A stretch of DNA of 63,778 nt, the filler included, from Octopus bimaculoides (Eukaryota), in the NCBI RefSeq assembly GCF_001194135.2. It is 4 parts of 4 records of this genome, joined end to end, with 100 filler letters (N's around TTAATTAATTAA, not from the genome) between each part and the next. Parts side by side here need not be neighbours in the genome. Positions count along the whole stretch, not along the records: positions 24,515 to 55,808 come from NC_068983.1; 3 more parts are not named here. One strand, written 5' to 3'. Positions 38,761 through 52,464 of the stretch are shown in pieces (positions within the stretch are counted from its first letter, which is position 1; every line of letters starts with the position of its first letter). Made by a program: the position numbers and the translations under genes. The notes under the pieces are model-generated. The model was not told where the DNA came from and did no database searches. It saw nothing but the letters and a program-made list of their open reading frames with translations.

Positions 38761-40289
38761 CTTTCTCCTTTTTTCTTCTGTTCTCTGGCCTCTTTAATGC
38801 AGCGTCAACGTGTGTCAGCGAGCGATTGACCATCCTGATATTATGGAGGAATATATGAAATATATAAAAATATTTTAACGTATGACTAGGATATTATCAT
38901 TTTAGTTTTTAAATTCTCATTAGCTTACTCTTGAAGCATTAGTTGTTTCTATAGTTTTCACACGCCCTCTAATGCTTCATTTGTCGCGAATAACTGGAAA
39001 CTGACTATAAAATCTAAACTGACGTATTTGTTAGCCAAAGAATTTGAAAGATGCCTCAATTTTTGTTGGATATGAAATGTTAGATTTTCTGCCGGCATCT
39101 ACGTTAGCACAAGTACGGAATAAATTCGTATATTCTTCAAATGGACAATTCCATGTTCATGATTTTAATTCTGATACAGGGCAGCCGTACTAAATCTATG
39201 CTTGCTAATATATTTCCATACAACATAACCAAAGTCCCATCCAACATTCCGGTTGATCAGTAGTACTGTATGTCTAGTGTGTGTGTATGTGTGTTGAGAT
39301 GCGAATGTTTTTTGCAATTACGTAATTACGAATGTTTTTGCAATTACAGGTCTATACTCAAAGCATATTTGTAACATTCAAAACAAGGATGAAAATTTAT
39401 AAATTTAGAGATTTTTCGAAGGAACTGAACGTCGTATATTGACCCCTGTGTATCAATAAAATAGAGATATCGAGAACTGACTCGACTCAACTTTAAACAA
39501 ACATTTGGCTGTTGGATGCTTTTCATACATATAAAATCTGGGTTTTTTTTAATGATTTTTCAAGTGACGGTTATAAGTTTATTAAGTATTATAAAGATAT
39601 GGCTTTCCAAGAATTGTTGATTAAATGTTTGATAGATAGCCAAATACTAACGATGTTTGATTGTATACTGAAGGACGTGTCCAAATTGGTTTATAGAGAG
39701 AAACATAACATTAATCATATGAAAATGTAAACAAAACTAAATTTAGTCACTCACAGATATCTCATCTTTGGACTGGTCCTCGAAAGACTTTTTTTCTATT
39801 TTCTAGTTAATTAGTTGCCGTTGAAACGTCAGTGGTGACCACTTAAATATTATCTTAAATTGATCAATACAGCTGACGTTTGAAAGCCGACACTGATAAA
39901 GAAAACATTGCACTTGAAGTGACGTTTATTAGGCTACGATATTGTGGTAAAGAACTTAGAAGAGTTCTGCGATTATGAACTGTTGAAAATAAGTGCAGCT
40001 GGTCAGAGTTACTTAGTCAACAACGTGACCGCCCTGTCAGATACACAGTTGATCGTCAGCTGAAAAGAAGACCAGCGTGCCTAGGTGTAGCGAATGTTTT
40101 GTACTGCTTTCTAAAGTGTTGACAGTTCGGCGTATGTCTAGTTTCGGATGGCGCTTAAAATCGCATCGAGAAATGAAATAAATATTCTAATGTGTGATGC
40201 ACTTAAAATGAATTCGTTGCAAATTAATAAATTTAGAAGTATTTTGTGAAAGTTACCCGTAAAACTAACCTTTTCAAAATTCTACAGTG

Positions 40290-40660
40290 TTGGAATCGTT
40301 GTTTCTCTGTATAAAAGAACTGATTCTACCGTTACACAGAACAAAATCCTCTCAAGATTGTCTGACAGGGTTTATTTTCAGATCACATCAAGTTTGTTTA
40401 TTTCCGACCATGCTTCGTGGTCTGAGATTTTTCGTGCTTTTCAGGTGAGACTATCTCAGAACTAAAGTACATGAAATCATCAACTTGATTGATGGTGGTG
40501 GTGTCTCCTCTGGTGTTGGTGATTTACCCCTGTTGGTTGTTAGCATTGAACTTGGTTTTGCTAGGATTTAAATAAAATCTTCAACATCATGTGCTACGAA
40601 TTCTAGAGTATGAGGTAATTGCGTGGAGTTTGATATTATGTCGAGAGCCGAACTAAATAG
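40290..40660 (-). mobile_element. RTE-like LINE fragment, heavily decayed
   Basis: Minus strand INQVDDFMYFSSEIVSPEK...AWS...TVESVLLY resembles the RTE RT thumb (VDDFKYLGS...ESVLLYG). Confidence 0.6.
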
Positions 40661-41418
40661 TTAAAAAAAAAAAAACTGGAAATCTATTGTAGCTAGATAG
40701 AAATGACTGAACAAGTTCTTTCGGATGATTGTGATGAAGAAATATCCTGAAATATTGTAAATCCTAATACATGTATTGGTTTCATGACTAAATAGCTGAT
40801 GCATAAAGAAGATGATAGCGCATGAAAAGGTTACATTTTGCTAATGTTTAAGACATCCATGGAGTATTGCACCCTTGCAAATACGAATCGAACATCTGTA
40901 GTGTTAATGAGAATCTGACTTTTGAATCTATGTTAGATTTAGCTGAGGTATATGTATAGAAATTTAGAGAAGGGTTAAAAATTGTATCTTGCGTGTACAA
41001 TGCTTTACAATTTTAAGTAAGAACAAGGAGAGATTAATGGCGCTAAAACAATCCGAAACACGCGTGACAAGACCAAATATGTGACCATTAATATTTCAAT
41101 CCTACACGAACATTTTTCAACTATAGTTTCTTGATAAATATTCACTCAAACGACAGCGAATAGATGGCGTGTGTTCAAGGTCGACTGTTTGTATACAAGA
41201 GAAATACATTTAATATACAATATATCATATGATATAAAAGTGCATGTTCCACTTCATTTGAATACCGACAACGTATGATCTCAGTCATGAATTGACTACG
41301 AATACTTTTAATGTTTCTATAATTATCTATATTTTATATTCGTTTAAGATCCAATCCTTGATTATATTTCAGGATAATTTTGTGTGCACGCTTGTGTGCG
41401 TTAGTCTGTATTATATGC

Positions 41419-41452
<34 letters not shown>

Positions 41453-41524
41453 TTTATTTTATTCTTTTATTTTTTATTTGTTTTAGTCATTTGACTGCGG
41501 CCATTATATTATATTATATTGTGT

Positions 41525-41582
<58 letters not shown>

Positions 41583-42198
41583 CGTAAATAATATGTCTAT
41601 ATTTGGATAGTCTTATAGCCACGGTGCCCACTCACAGCTTAGTATTCCCTCATCGAAGCAAAACATCTCTTATGTACGTATTAAACATTCTCTCTAAATT
41701 TAGACGCCTATTGATTTTCGGTTTGTATTTAAATAAAGCAGTGAATAAATCAGAGAAAGCAGAAAACCGTACTTCGGCCGCTAACACTCAATTGACCAAT
41801 GAACAAGCTCAGTCAATCTCGTTTCATAAGGAGTGTTTCCCGTCGTGTACTTGAATATCTATAAATACTGGTGGCAGCAAACAATGAACGTTACAGTGAT
41901 TATTAATAGAAACTAACGCTGGAAGACAAGTCATCTACCATTTTCTGTTATGCTATTAGAGCGAGATGGTGAGAGAGGAAGCGGTTAGATTAATAACCGT
42001 TTCTTTATTAGGGTGTCCACATATATGTGTGTGTGTGTTAGAGACAGAGAGAGATGGACAGACAGACAAACATACAGACAGACAGACATAAAGACAGTCA
42101 GACATACAGACAGGCATACAGACAGACATACAGACAGACAGAAGACAGATAGACAGATAGATAGATATACTGGAGCAGAATTATAAAACTCAATGAAT

Positions 42199-42577
42199 TA
42201 TTGTTGTTGTTGGCACTCCGTCGAGGGTTCCAGTTGATCCGATCAACGGAACAGCCTGCTCGTGAAATTAACGTGCAAGTGGTTGAGCACTCAACAGACA
42301 CGTGTACCCTTAACGTAGTTCTCCGGGATATTCAGCGTGACACAGTGTAACAAGGCTGACCCTTTGAATTACAGGCACAACAGAAACTAGAAGTATGAGT
42401 GAGAGAAAGTTGTGGTGAAAGAGTACAGTAGGGTTCGCCATCATCCCCTGCCGGAGCCTCGTGGTGCTTTAGGTGTTTTCGCTCAATAAACACTCACAAC
42501 GCCCGGTCTGGGAATCGAAACCGCCATCCTATGACCGCGAGTCCGCGGCCCTAACCACTGGGCCATTGCGCCTCCAC
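42199..42577 (-). mobile_element. tRNA-derived SINE family C, full-length with 11-bp target-site duplication
   Basis: Head gtggaggcgcaatggcccagtggttagggccgcggactcgcggtcataggatggcggtttcgattcccag (A and B boxes), (CAA)n tail, TSD actcaatgaat at 42188-42198 and 42578-42588. Confidence 0.92.
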
Positions 42578-43814
42578 ACTCAATGAATATATCATAAATA
42601 AATAACCGCCACGAAATTTTTCAAATCACAAATAGAATTACAAGAAATTCATATGTTGTATGTTTTAAGCCTCTGCAAAGATACTGAAGGTCATGGGTGC
42701 AGCACAATTTTACTCTGAAATAAATTGATACCAGACTCACTCACAAACCTAGGCAAAGATCCTAGTTTCTTCTCTTCACCATTTTTCGGCTGAACACCAC
42801 AGCTTCATCCGTGTCTGATAGACTCAATTTAACATTAACTGGCTAATAAGTAAGTAGTCTTAATAGATCGATGCACTTAATTCATCCACCTCTCTTTGGG
42901 TAGGTTTAACAAAGTCAACTTCGTCTCAAGCACTGGGGCAAAGAGACAAATGACGGTCTCTTTTAGTTTTTCACCACGATTTTTGTATTCTACACCAAAA
43001 ACAAGTCATCAACACTTTTGCTATTTCACCTTGGAGTAGCAGTAAAATTAAGGTCTCTACGTCGCATATCAAACCGCGGTATGTATCGCAGAATGGATTA
43101 TATTTACACGAGAACTTTGTATGCTGCAAGGTTAGTGTACAATCAAAATGATAGATGATACCTCCACAAGTAAACGATAAACAATAGTTTATTGAAGGTT
43201 TCATATGTAACAAAATAGATATATGTCTGTACAGAAAGCAGGAGAGAGAGAGAGGGGGGGGAGAATGCGTGTACAATTGTGCTGGCAAAGAATTCCAGAC
43301 AGGACTGAATGCCAAGGGAAGGGTGTTATGTAAGATATGGCAACTGGCACCTCATATCTTGCGGTTCTAAATTTATGTTACAATCATCAGACTGTAAACG
43401 ATAACATCTTCTCTAGTAGTATGTATATCATTAACCGTAAATTGCAAAATTGCATAATATTTAATATTTTGCTAATTTTATATAAAGGTAAATATGAACG
43501 TGGTATTATTTTGTAAAAATACCCCATGTTTTTACTGATATACGACACAAGGGTATCAATCAACAATAAAATCCCTGAATGATTGCTTCCCACTTCCCAA
43601 CTTAATTAACTCATTATCTCTTTGTGAAAGCATTTCGTTTACGAAGCATTATGCATTCATATCTGGTAAAATGGCCGAGATTCCATTATTATCAAATCTA
43701 CGCTTGAACAATTGTGAAAATGTTCACTTTAAACCTATGATATCCTATGAAGAATACACAACTCCGTGTGTGTGTATGCATCTGTGTCTGTGTCTCCGTG
43801 TATGTGTGTATGTG

Positions 43815-43990
43815 AGTATTTGTGTATGTGGGTGTGTTTTCTCCACCACCATTTGACAAGTAGTGTTGGTGTGTTTACGTCTCCATTACGGCAAAATGTG
43901 ACCAAGGGCAGTTCTCGATTCGATTCAGTCGACTAAAATTGTTCAAGTTTATTCAACTGTACGGTTGCAGTCTAATAACTGAAACATGGA
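43815..43990 (+). mobile_element. SINE family A, diverged 3' half
   Basis: ccaccaccatttgacaag...ggtgtgtttacgtc...tcgactaaaa...gcagtctaat.actgaaac. Confidence 0.65.
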
Positions 43991-44552
43991 TGCACACACA
44001 CACACACACATATAATTATAAGTTTTCTCAATATATTGACTATAGGAACTAGTTTTATGCTACGGCGTATAAATCCACGAGTGACAAATAAGAATTAGTA
44101 CGCGGGGGAATCGAACACACACCGCCTATTTTCGCGTTGAGTGTTGTGAACGATTATACCAACATCCGCATCCGTTTCTCTCCGTTAAATTTTAAAGAAA
44201 TGATTTCGTATCCGTAAGGGTGTAGAGAAGAGTTTATTCTGCGCAAGTTAACAAACGCTGACTAGTGAAATAGCAAACTAGACTCTTCACCAGAAGCACT
44301 GCGCTGAAATTTATAACAAAAAAAGGATACACAATCATTAAAACGAACAAAAACACTTATCTCAACCTTGACCTATTTTATACCCGGCCCTAAATTCGGT
44401 CAGCGTCGGGTATGAATCAGAGGTCAACACCATATGCCTACAAATACCCCCCCCCACCTCCTTGAGATCTGTAACAAGTATTTACTTTACTCAGTTCACT
44501 TCAAGGATGACCAAATTGATGGACTTGTTTGAAGCTGCACCGATAACACGCT

Positions 44553-44890
44553 GTTGTTAGCATTCCGTCGGTTGCGACGACGAGGTTTCCAGTCGATCAG
44601 ATCAGCGGAACAGCCTGCTCGTGAAATTAACGTGCAAGTGGTTGAGCACTCCACAGACACGTGTACCCCTTAACGTAGTCCTCGAGGAAATTCAGTGTGA
44701 CAAGGCTGAAGAGTGAGAGAAAGTTGTGGTGAAAGAGTACAGCAGAGCTCACCACCATCCCCTGTCGGAGTCTCGTGGAAGTTTAGGCGTTTCCGCTCAA
44801 TAAACACTCACAACGCCCGATCTGTGAATCGAAACCGCGATCCTACGACCGCGAGTCCGCTGCCCTAAACAATGAGCCATTGCGCCTCCA
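44553..44890 (-). mobile_element. tRNA-derived SINE family C
   Basis: Homologous to 42199-42577 (ggaacagcctgctcgtgaaattaacgtgcaagtggttgagcactc...ccattgcgcctccac) with one internal deletion. Confidence 0.9.
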
Positions 44891-44915
44891 CTACTGATGA
44901 AAATGCAAGGATGTA

Positions 44916-45095
44916 TTTGCACATTTACAAATGGAATTAAACCCCGTTTCGTGGTTTGCTACCTCAACAACTTTATAGGATCCAGTTGCTAAAGACATCA
45001 TCAGGAGGAACCACGTTTGGTTTTGGCCACTACTCCTCTACCATTGTCGACGTGGTGAGGCCCCCACTTTCAGCACTGGTGTTGAGTGCGTTTCA
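44916..45095. repeat. Dispersed repeat, copy 2 of 2 (see 38586-38760)
   Basis: tttgcacatttacaaatggaattaaacc.cgtttcgtggtttgctacc...gacatcatcaggaggaa shared with copy 1. Confidence 0.9.
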
Positions 45096-45401
45096 TCTAA
45101 CAAATTCCATGACATAGAGCTGGTTGGCATGCTGCCGTATTGGAAGAAACATTAGCCCAGAGTGCCGAAAAGTGGGAATGAAACATGAGTTTAGAGAGTT
45201 GTTAAAGAGAGTGCATTATCCGTACAAAAGCGCCTGTACATGTATATGACTATTTCTCCCAGTGTATGTCAAAACATGGGGCACATGCTTGTAGTTTATT
45301 TGTTTATATAAGGATTCGAGTTCAGAAAGCGAAATAATTTTTCCGTCTATGAATGTTAAAAAGAAGAAAGTGTTGTATTCATTGGACAGGCACACATGCA
45401 T

Positions 45402-45477
<76 letters not shown>

Positions 45478-46049
45478 GCTCTCATACACACAGAAAGAGA
45501 AAGAAGAGAGCTGGTGAGAGACTTGAATATAAATATACAGTTTTCCCTTCATTCTCACCATGTTAGTCATTTATATGTTTATATGTGTAGAGTGAGTAAT
45601 GTTTAGAAAGAGAGGGATATACAGATAAATTTTGGTATGTTTCTATGTATTTGAAAAATGCTATTTTAAAAGTTATTCATTATTTAAAAAAGGAAAAAAT
45701 ACTTTCATACGTGACGTGATAAAACGGAGATTTCGTGGAAGATTTCTATGTCGCTTTCAGCTTTTCAAAAACACGTTTTACGGCAAGCTGAAAACAGCGA
45801 AAAGGCTCTACATCGTATTTTGGTTCCATCAGGTTTGTGTTTATTTCTGTTTCATTAATTAAAAAAAATATTTTTTCTGCTATTGTGGCTACAACAAGAG
45901 AATTTTCTAAAAAGAAACTCTGTAATCTAGATGTGTATATGTGTGTGTGCATTTGTTTTTGTGTGAACATCTATATATTTAAGCATTGACAAAATATGAA
46001 GGTAGAATTGAATGTTACAGGAGGTATGGTCACAAGAGATCGATAAAAC

Positions 46050-46320
46050 ATATTTAACCCAGGCCGTATCAACAACGTCCACCCGTCACACTTCTTAATC
46101 CACCATTTCTGCCTCGAAGTCCTGGATATATTCCAGCCCAGTGTCTGCAATCAAGTAGTCGATGTAAGTTTTCCTGTTCTTACATTACCATGAAGTGGGT
46201 TCCACAAGACTAATTTAAATGCTTGCAGCGTAGGGAGGCCGTCTGTGACTGATCTCCTCGCTAACTTTCGGCTGGATGAGAAGAAAATGGTGTGCATTTG
46301 TTTGCAAACAATTGGCAGCA
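46050..46320 (-). mobile_element. RTE-like LINE 3' fragment
   Basis: LVLWNPLHG...(frameshift) TYIDYLIADTGLEY resembles the RTE C-terminal W-x-P-x-x-G-x-R-x-x-G-R-P...Y region. Confidence 0.55.
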
Positions 46321-47439
46321 AACTATTTCATAATCGGAAGAAGAATGAGCTAGAAACTTAGGCGGAATGATAGACATATGTCATGGAAGGTATTCATAGT
46401 TGAGTGTAAAAGAAGAGAAACAGAGAATAAAAGATCGAAATAAGAGGAAGAAAGATAGTTAAATAGGGAGAAAAAGAGAGAATTATAAAAACTACCAGAG
46501 ATGGATGTATAAAGTTCAAGAAGTAGATGAATACGCGTAGAAAGAAGTAGCCAGTGTAGTTATAGATAACGAAGGGAAAACCTGAATGAGATGGGGTGAA
46601 GGAGACGATGTGTAGGATAGCAACTGAGCATAGGGTAAGTGAATTAGAATTACCACTTAGCTAGTCTAGCCAAAGAGGGCATTATATAGGGAAGGACCTA
46701 GAGTTTCATGGGGTTGTACGTTAGTCAACGGAATGGTTATGCTAACTAGACAAGCGAAGAGGAAAAAAAGTGTGGAATAATATATAAATATATTGTTATA
46801 AATACGTTGTCTATGATAGGATTCAGGTTTATAAGTTTATAAAATGTAAAATGCATAATGAGAACAGTGAGTGCGTTTAAGACGAATGCATTTGTCGCTA
46901 GTTACCAGGAACATGAATTTAAATATGTAAGAACGACGATTTAACATTTAAGTCGCAAATTTAATGTAAAATATGATTATGTTTAAATGTCGGTACATGA
47001 GTAGCAGAGGAGTAAACGATAAGATCTTAGATTTGTAGATTAACTAAGAATCTTGATAAGTGGACGCTAGAATATATTTGGATAAATCCTAATATGGAAT
47101 TTCGGCCAGAATTCAAGAATTATGAAATGTAAAGTTATACGGGGTTCGAGTAAGTTGTACATTTAAAATAGAGGAAGTTTCTAAAGATTACAGAGAGAAT
47201 GAAAATCGTAGTATAAATTGAGGAATTAAGCGATGCACAACAAATGTGATTAAATTAAAACGGATTATTATGCGCCTATAATCTATGTGAGTGGAAACAA
47301 GGTAGAGAGATTCAAAGTCTTACATTTACACTTGTGATAAAGTAGGATCGATTTGAAGAATCTGTAGATGCAAGTAGTAAAATATTTCGTTGTTTTTCTT
47401 CAGTAATTGCTGTGAGTGCTGTATTTGGATTTGTATAGA

Positions 47440-48060
47440 TTCTTTTCTTCTTTCTTGCCTTTAACCCTCCAACGTGGAGTATAGGCCACTTATAATTGAA
47501 TTCCATGTCGCATAATTTTTCGCTTCTGTACTTATACTCTGCCATGAATGTCCCCCTTTCTCTAGTTCCTTTTGTGTTGATCTACGCCACGAGTTCTTAG
47601 GCCTACCTTTCTTTCTATATCGATCCGGATTCCACTGTAAAGCACTTTTCGCTACATTTAGTGTGTCTTTTCTAATTGTGCTACCAACCCACTTCCACTT
47701 TTTCTTAAAAGTTTGCTCCCCAATCGAAACTTGATTCGTTCTTTGCCATAGCTCCATATTGCTTATGTGTTCGGGCCATCTAATTTTAAGTATACTATGC
47801 AAGCACCTGTTGATGAATGATTGTATTTGCTTATTTGACTTAACTGTTGTTCGCCATGTCTCAGCCCCATACAATAACACCGCTTTTACGTTAGTATTAA
47901 AAATTCTTATTTTGTTCTTTATTGAAATTACACTTGCGCTCCATACTTTTTTTAACAGGTGAAAAGCGGTCCTTGCCTTACTTATTCTCGTCTTAATATT
48001 TTCGTCGGTGCCACCTGAGAACGTTATCTTACTACCTAAATACGTAAACTAGATTCTTTT
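47440..48060 (-). mobile_element. RTE-clade LINE 3' end
   Basis: FTYLGSKITFSGGTDENIKTRISKARTAF...VLLYGAETW...ILKIRWPEHISNMELW...WKWVG...WNP...KKGRPKNSWRR; typical RTE RT C-terminus. Confidence 0.9.
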
Positions 48061-48877
48061 AGGCAACAAAACCAGGCAAGGCGTCCCTGCTATTGCACAT
48101 CAGTGTTGACGACAGACTAAGTAATATTATCTGATACACGAAATATTATCTCAGAATCTCAAGATATGTGCAAAGAAAAAACATGAATGTTTGGAGGGGT
48201 AAGGGGTGGGTGCAGTTGTAGTAATTTTATCTATGTAAAATTTCAGAAATGCATACATATGCACGCATGCATTTCTGAAGTGCCCACGCGCGCATACACA
48301 CACATACATATATGGAAATTATGAAGATAAACATTTTAGATATATTTAGTATAATAGTTTAGGTATGAAATACAAAATATGTATACATGTATACATGCAA
48401 AGCGAGAGGAAGCAAAAATTGGAGACTTACAAATGATGAATATTTAAGTATAAATTTATAGATATTTATATTAATAGATTCAACTTATACAGAATACAAA
48501 TGACAGAGAAAATTAAAGTGGCGGGAGAAAAGTCCAACAGCTGCTTGTGGGGGTGAGGTCGGAGATCCTTAAAATGTTGGTAGATGTAGTTCATCAGAAT
48601 ATGCAACCGTATGGACGCATTTAACGTTGGATAAGACAGGTCTCCGTCATCAGGGAAGAGATGTAACATTTCAGAACTTAATGCTGACAATTTTAAAGAT
48701 GGAATGATTAAATGTGGAGAGCTAGCTGTATTAGAGGGGGAAAGTAGGAAGGTTGGTGGGATCATGCGGGTTATTGAGACAGGGAATGGAGAGAGGAGAA
48801 AGACTGAGGGATTCATAATAAGGATATTAAGGGAGATAGTAGTAGAGGTGGAGAGTTGGGAGATGAATAGGAGGGCA

Positions 48878-49398
48878 TAATAGCTCTACGGATAATAGCT
48901 CTAGGGATAATAGCTCTAGGGATAATAGCTCTACGGATAATATNNNNNNNNNNNNNNNNNNNNNNNNNNNNNNNNNNNNNNNNNNNNNNNNNNNNNNNNA
49001 TAATAGCTCTACGGATAATAGCTCTACGGATAATAGCTCTACGGATAATAGCTCTACGGATAATAGCTCTACGGATAATAGCTCTACGGATAATAGCTCT
49101 AGGGATAATAGCTCTAGGGATAATAGCTCTAGGGATAATAGCTCTAGGGATAATAGCTCTAGGGATAATAGCTCTAGAGATAATAGCTCTAGGGATAATA
49201 ACTCTAGGGATAATAGCTCTAGGGATAATAGCTCTAGGGATAATAGCTCTACGGATAATAGCTCTACGGATAATAGCTCTACGGATAATAGCTCTAGGGA
49301 TAATATCTCTAGGGATAATAGCTCTACGGATAATAGCTCTACGGATAATAGCTCTAGGGATAATAGCTCTAGGGATAATAGCTCTACGGATAATATCT
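48878..49398. repeat. 15-bp minisatellite taatagctcta(c/g)gga, at least 30 units, with an internal gap
   Basis: Two main unit variants read directly; N-gap at about 48944-48999. Confidence 0.97.
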
Positions 49399-50774
49399 GT
49401 AGAAGCAATGAAAGCTGAGGAAGTGAGAATAGAAATGGCAATTATTTGAGGAAAATAAATTGTCTGCTTCAGAGGCCGAAGGAGATTAGTAAAGTTTGTA
49501 GAAAGGTATGAGAAGAGATAGAGGTTTGTGGATATAGGAGGTAACTTGGAGGTCCCGATAGTAGTGGTTAGTAGAATAATGAATGTTGGTTGGTAAAGGA
49601 GCTGAAGTACTGAGGTATGAAGTGGTGTAGGAATTGGATAGGAGGAGGTGAGTAGATGGAGGGGGAGAGCTTAATAGGTTAGTATCCAATTGCGAAGGGT
49701 AGTATTAAATGCTCTTGTTAGAAGAGGAGAAATGAGAGAATAGGGTAAGAATACTACTTGTGAAGATTGGGAGGCTAGGAGGGAGTTGGGATGTGGTGGG
49801 TTAGAGGAATTTGCAAAGGTAACAATGAAAAAGAATAGTTTAATAAGAAAGGTGGTATTAGATGAGGTGATAAGTTGCTAGGCTGCCGTTGTCAGTCTAG
49901 TAACTTACCATTCAATTACTACCTACCCTACCCTCATATTCATCTCCCAAATCTCTACCTCTACAACTACCTCCATTAGCACACTCATTGTTAAACCCTA
50001 AGCCTTCCTGAACTATATTTCCTCCTCTTACCATCCCCTCTCTCAATCTCCCCATAACCCCACTGGCCTTCCTACTTTCCCCTCTCATACAGCTAGCTTC
50101 CACATTTACTCATTCCAACTTTTCAGTTTAATTAAGAGCAATTATAGACACAGGTCACATAGATTTAGAAAAAAAAGCAAATGATGAGACGAAACTGTGT
50201 TTACAAGAAAATATTACATCTGAAAATATATTAAGTAATGAGGGGTTGTGGTAGAAAATTATGGTTGGCGATTCCCTTAAACATAATTGAAAGACGTTTG
50301 CGTTGTATGGAGGAACTTCACTTATGACAGACCCGGATAGGATACGAAATTCGAGGTTGTGTATATAAGTTGCTAAGGAGGTAGAAAATTTAGAAGTTGG
50401 ATTGAAGAAATTGTTCATGTGTGCACAGAAGCATGCATACACATGCACACGCATACACACACATTAACGTACATATACACTCACACACATAAACATATAA
50501 ATATAGACATACACGCTCAGGCAACCAGATACATAATCACAAATATATTTGATTAAGTATCGCATCGGCAATGGCATATATGCTTCATCCGTATTTAGCC
50601 CCGTCAGTAACAACCGAAACTTCTGACTCACTAACAATAAAATTACTATCCCTGACTCTACTATTTAATGTTCATAGTTCTTCAATATTTTATGGCACGC
50701 ACATACATACGCACAAACACACACACACATTCTTATAAATGTATGTATGTATGTATGTATGTATGTATATATAT

Positions 50775-50828
<54 letters not shown>

Positions 50829-51742
50829 ATGTGTGTGTGTATGTATGTATTTATGTATGTATGTGTGTATATATGCTTATATATATATATATATACATAT
50901 TTATATATATACATATACAAATATATATATATATATANNNNNNNNNNNNNNNNNNNNNNNNNNNNNNNNNNNNNNNNNNNNNNNNNNNNNNNNNNNNNNN
51001 NNNNNNNNNNNNNNNNNNNNNNNNNNNNNNNNNNNNNNNNNNNNNNNNNNNNNNNNNNNNNNNNNNNNNNNNNNNNNNNNNNNNNNNNNNNNNNNNNNNN
51101 NNNNNNNNNNNNNNNNNNNNNNNNNNNNNNNNNNNNNNNNNNNNNNNNNNNNNNNNNNNNNNNNNNNNNNNNNNNNNNNNNNNNNNNNNNNNNNNNNNNN
51201 NNNNNNNNNNNNNNNNNNNNNNNNNNNNNNNNNNNNNNNNNNNNNNNNNNNNNNNNNNNNNNNNNNNNNNNNNNNNNNNNNNNNNNNNNNNNNNNNNNNN
51301 NNNNNNNNNNNNNNNNNNNNNNNNNNNNNNNNNNNNNNNNNNNNNNNNNNNNNNNNNNNNNNNNNNNNNNNNNNNNNNNNNNNNNNNNNNNNNNNNNNNN
51401 NNNNNNNNNNNNNNNNNNNNNNNNNNNNNNNNNNNNNNNNNNNNNNNNNNNNNNNNNNNNNNNNNNNNNNNNNNNNNNNNNNNNNNNNNNNNNNNNNNNN
51501 NNNNNNNNNNNNNNNNNNNNNNNNNNNNNNNNNNNNNNNNNNNNNNNNNNNNNNNNNNNNNNNNNNNNNNNNNNNNNNNNNNNNNNNNNNNNNNNNNNNN
51601 NNNNNNNNNNNNNNNNNNNNNNNNNNNNNNNNNNNNNNNNNNNNNNNNNNNNNNNNNNNNNNNNNNNNNNNNNNNNNNNNNNNNNNNNNNNNNNNNNNNN
51701 NNNNNNNNNNNNNNNNNNNNNNNNNNNNNNNNNNNNNNNNNN

Positions 51743-51983
51743 CTACGTATGAGCGATAATCCTGTGGACCCTATGTAGTTCTCGTGGCAGCCCGAACATC
51801 TTATTACATAAATAAGATTTTCTGAGGCACAAGTAAAGTTTGATTTAACTTTGAATTTGTGTCCCTCTTTGAAGAGGAATTCTGAACCTTCTAGAATGTT
51901 TGGGCATGTTGCATAATTTGGTCGACTACATTTGTTTACTTTCGCATCTGTTGTTTCGGAAAATAATTTTGCCTTTGTGAGGA
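51743..51983 (-). mobile_element. Penelope-like element fragment (GIY-YIG endonuclease)
   Basis: KCSRPNYATCPNI...FKVKSNFTCASENLIYVIRCSGCHENYIGSTG (LIY...YIG with CxxC); continues into the gap. Confidence 0.9.
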
Positions 51984-52058
51984 TATATATAAACACGCAT
52001 ACATACACACATGCATACATACATACATGCATACATACATACATACATACATATACAT

Positions 52059-52234
52059 AGGCGCATTAGTTGTTATGTGGTAAGTTGTTTCTTCCGAACC
52101 ACATGGTTCCGGGTTCAATCCCACTGCGTGACACCTTGGGCAAGTATATTTCTACAATAGCCTCGGGCCCACGAAAGCATTGTGAGTGGATTTGGTAGAC
52201 GGAAACTGAAAGAATCCTGTCGTATGCGCATGTG

Positions 52235-52269
<35 letters not shown>

Positions 52270-52464
52270 AGATGCTTGCGTATCTGTGTTCGTCCCCCCA
52301 ACCATCGCTTGTCAACCGATACTCGTGTGCTTACGTCCCCGTAATTTAACTGTTCTGCAAAAGGGAACGATAGAATAAGTACTAGGCTTACAAAGAATGA
52401 GTCCTGGGTTCGATTTGCTCAAGTAAAGGCGGTGCTTCAGCATGACACAAATAAAAGAGTAAAA
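52059..52464 (+). mobile_element. tRNA-derived SINE family A, full-length
   Basis: Same organisation as 35012-35416, with an internal (GT)n tract. Confidence 0.9.

Larger units (their letters stand above)
46330..50110 (-). mobile_element. Possible very old LINE relic(s) with strong purine/pyrimidine strand skew
   Basis: Purine-rich + strand blocks at 46330-47300, 48460-48870 and 49400-49900; the minus strand has a degenerate YADD-like motif (VHTVAYSDEL, about 48587-48616). Identification is weak. Confidence 0.3.

Noticed and set aside
42500-42577. tRNA-like sequences at SINE heads (also about 35340-35416, 44060-44170 and 30650-30720)
   Set aside because: They have A/B-box similarity but continue into SINE bodies and do not form a full cloverleaf; not tRNA genes.
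48827-49441. 204-aa leucine-rich ORF (LLSVE/LLSLE)n
   Set aside because: Arithmetic consequence of a 15-bp unit; a second minus frame is also largely open, and no non-repeat coding context exists.
50181-50202. atgatgagacgaaac as a hammerhead core
   Set aside because: First core base is wrong and there is no room for stem II or any stem I.
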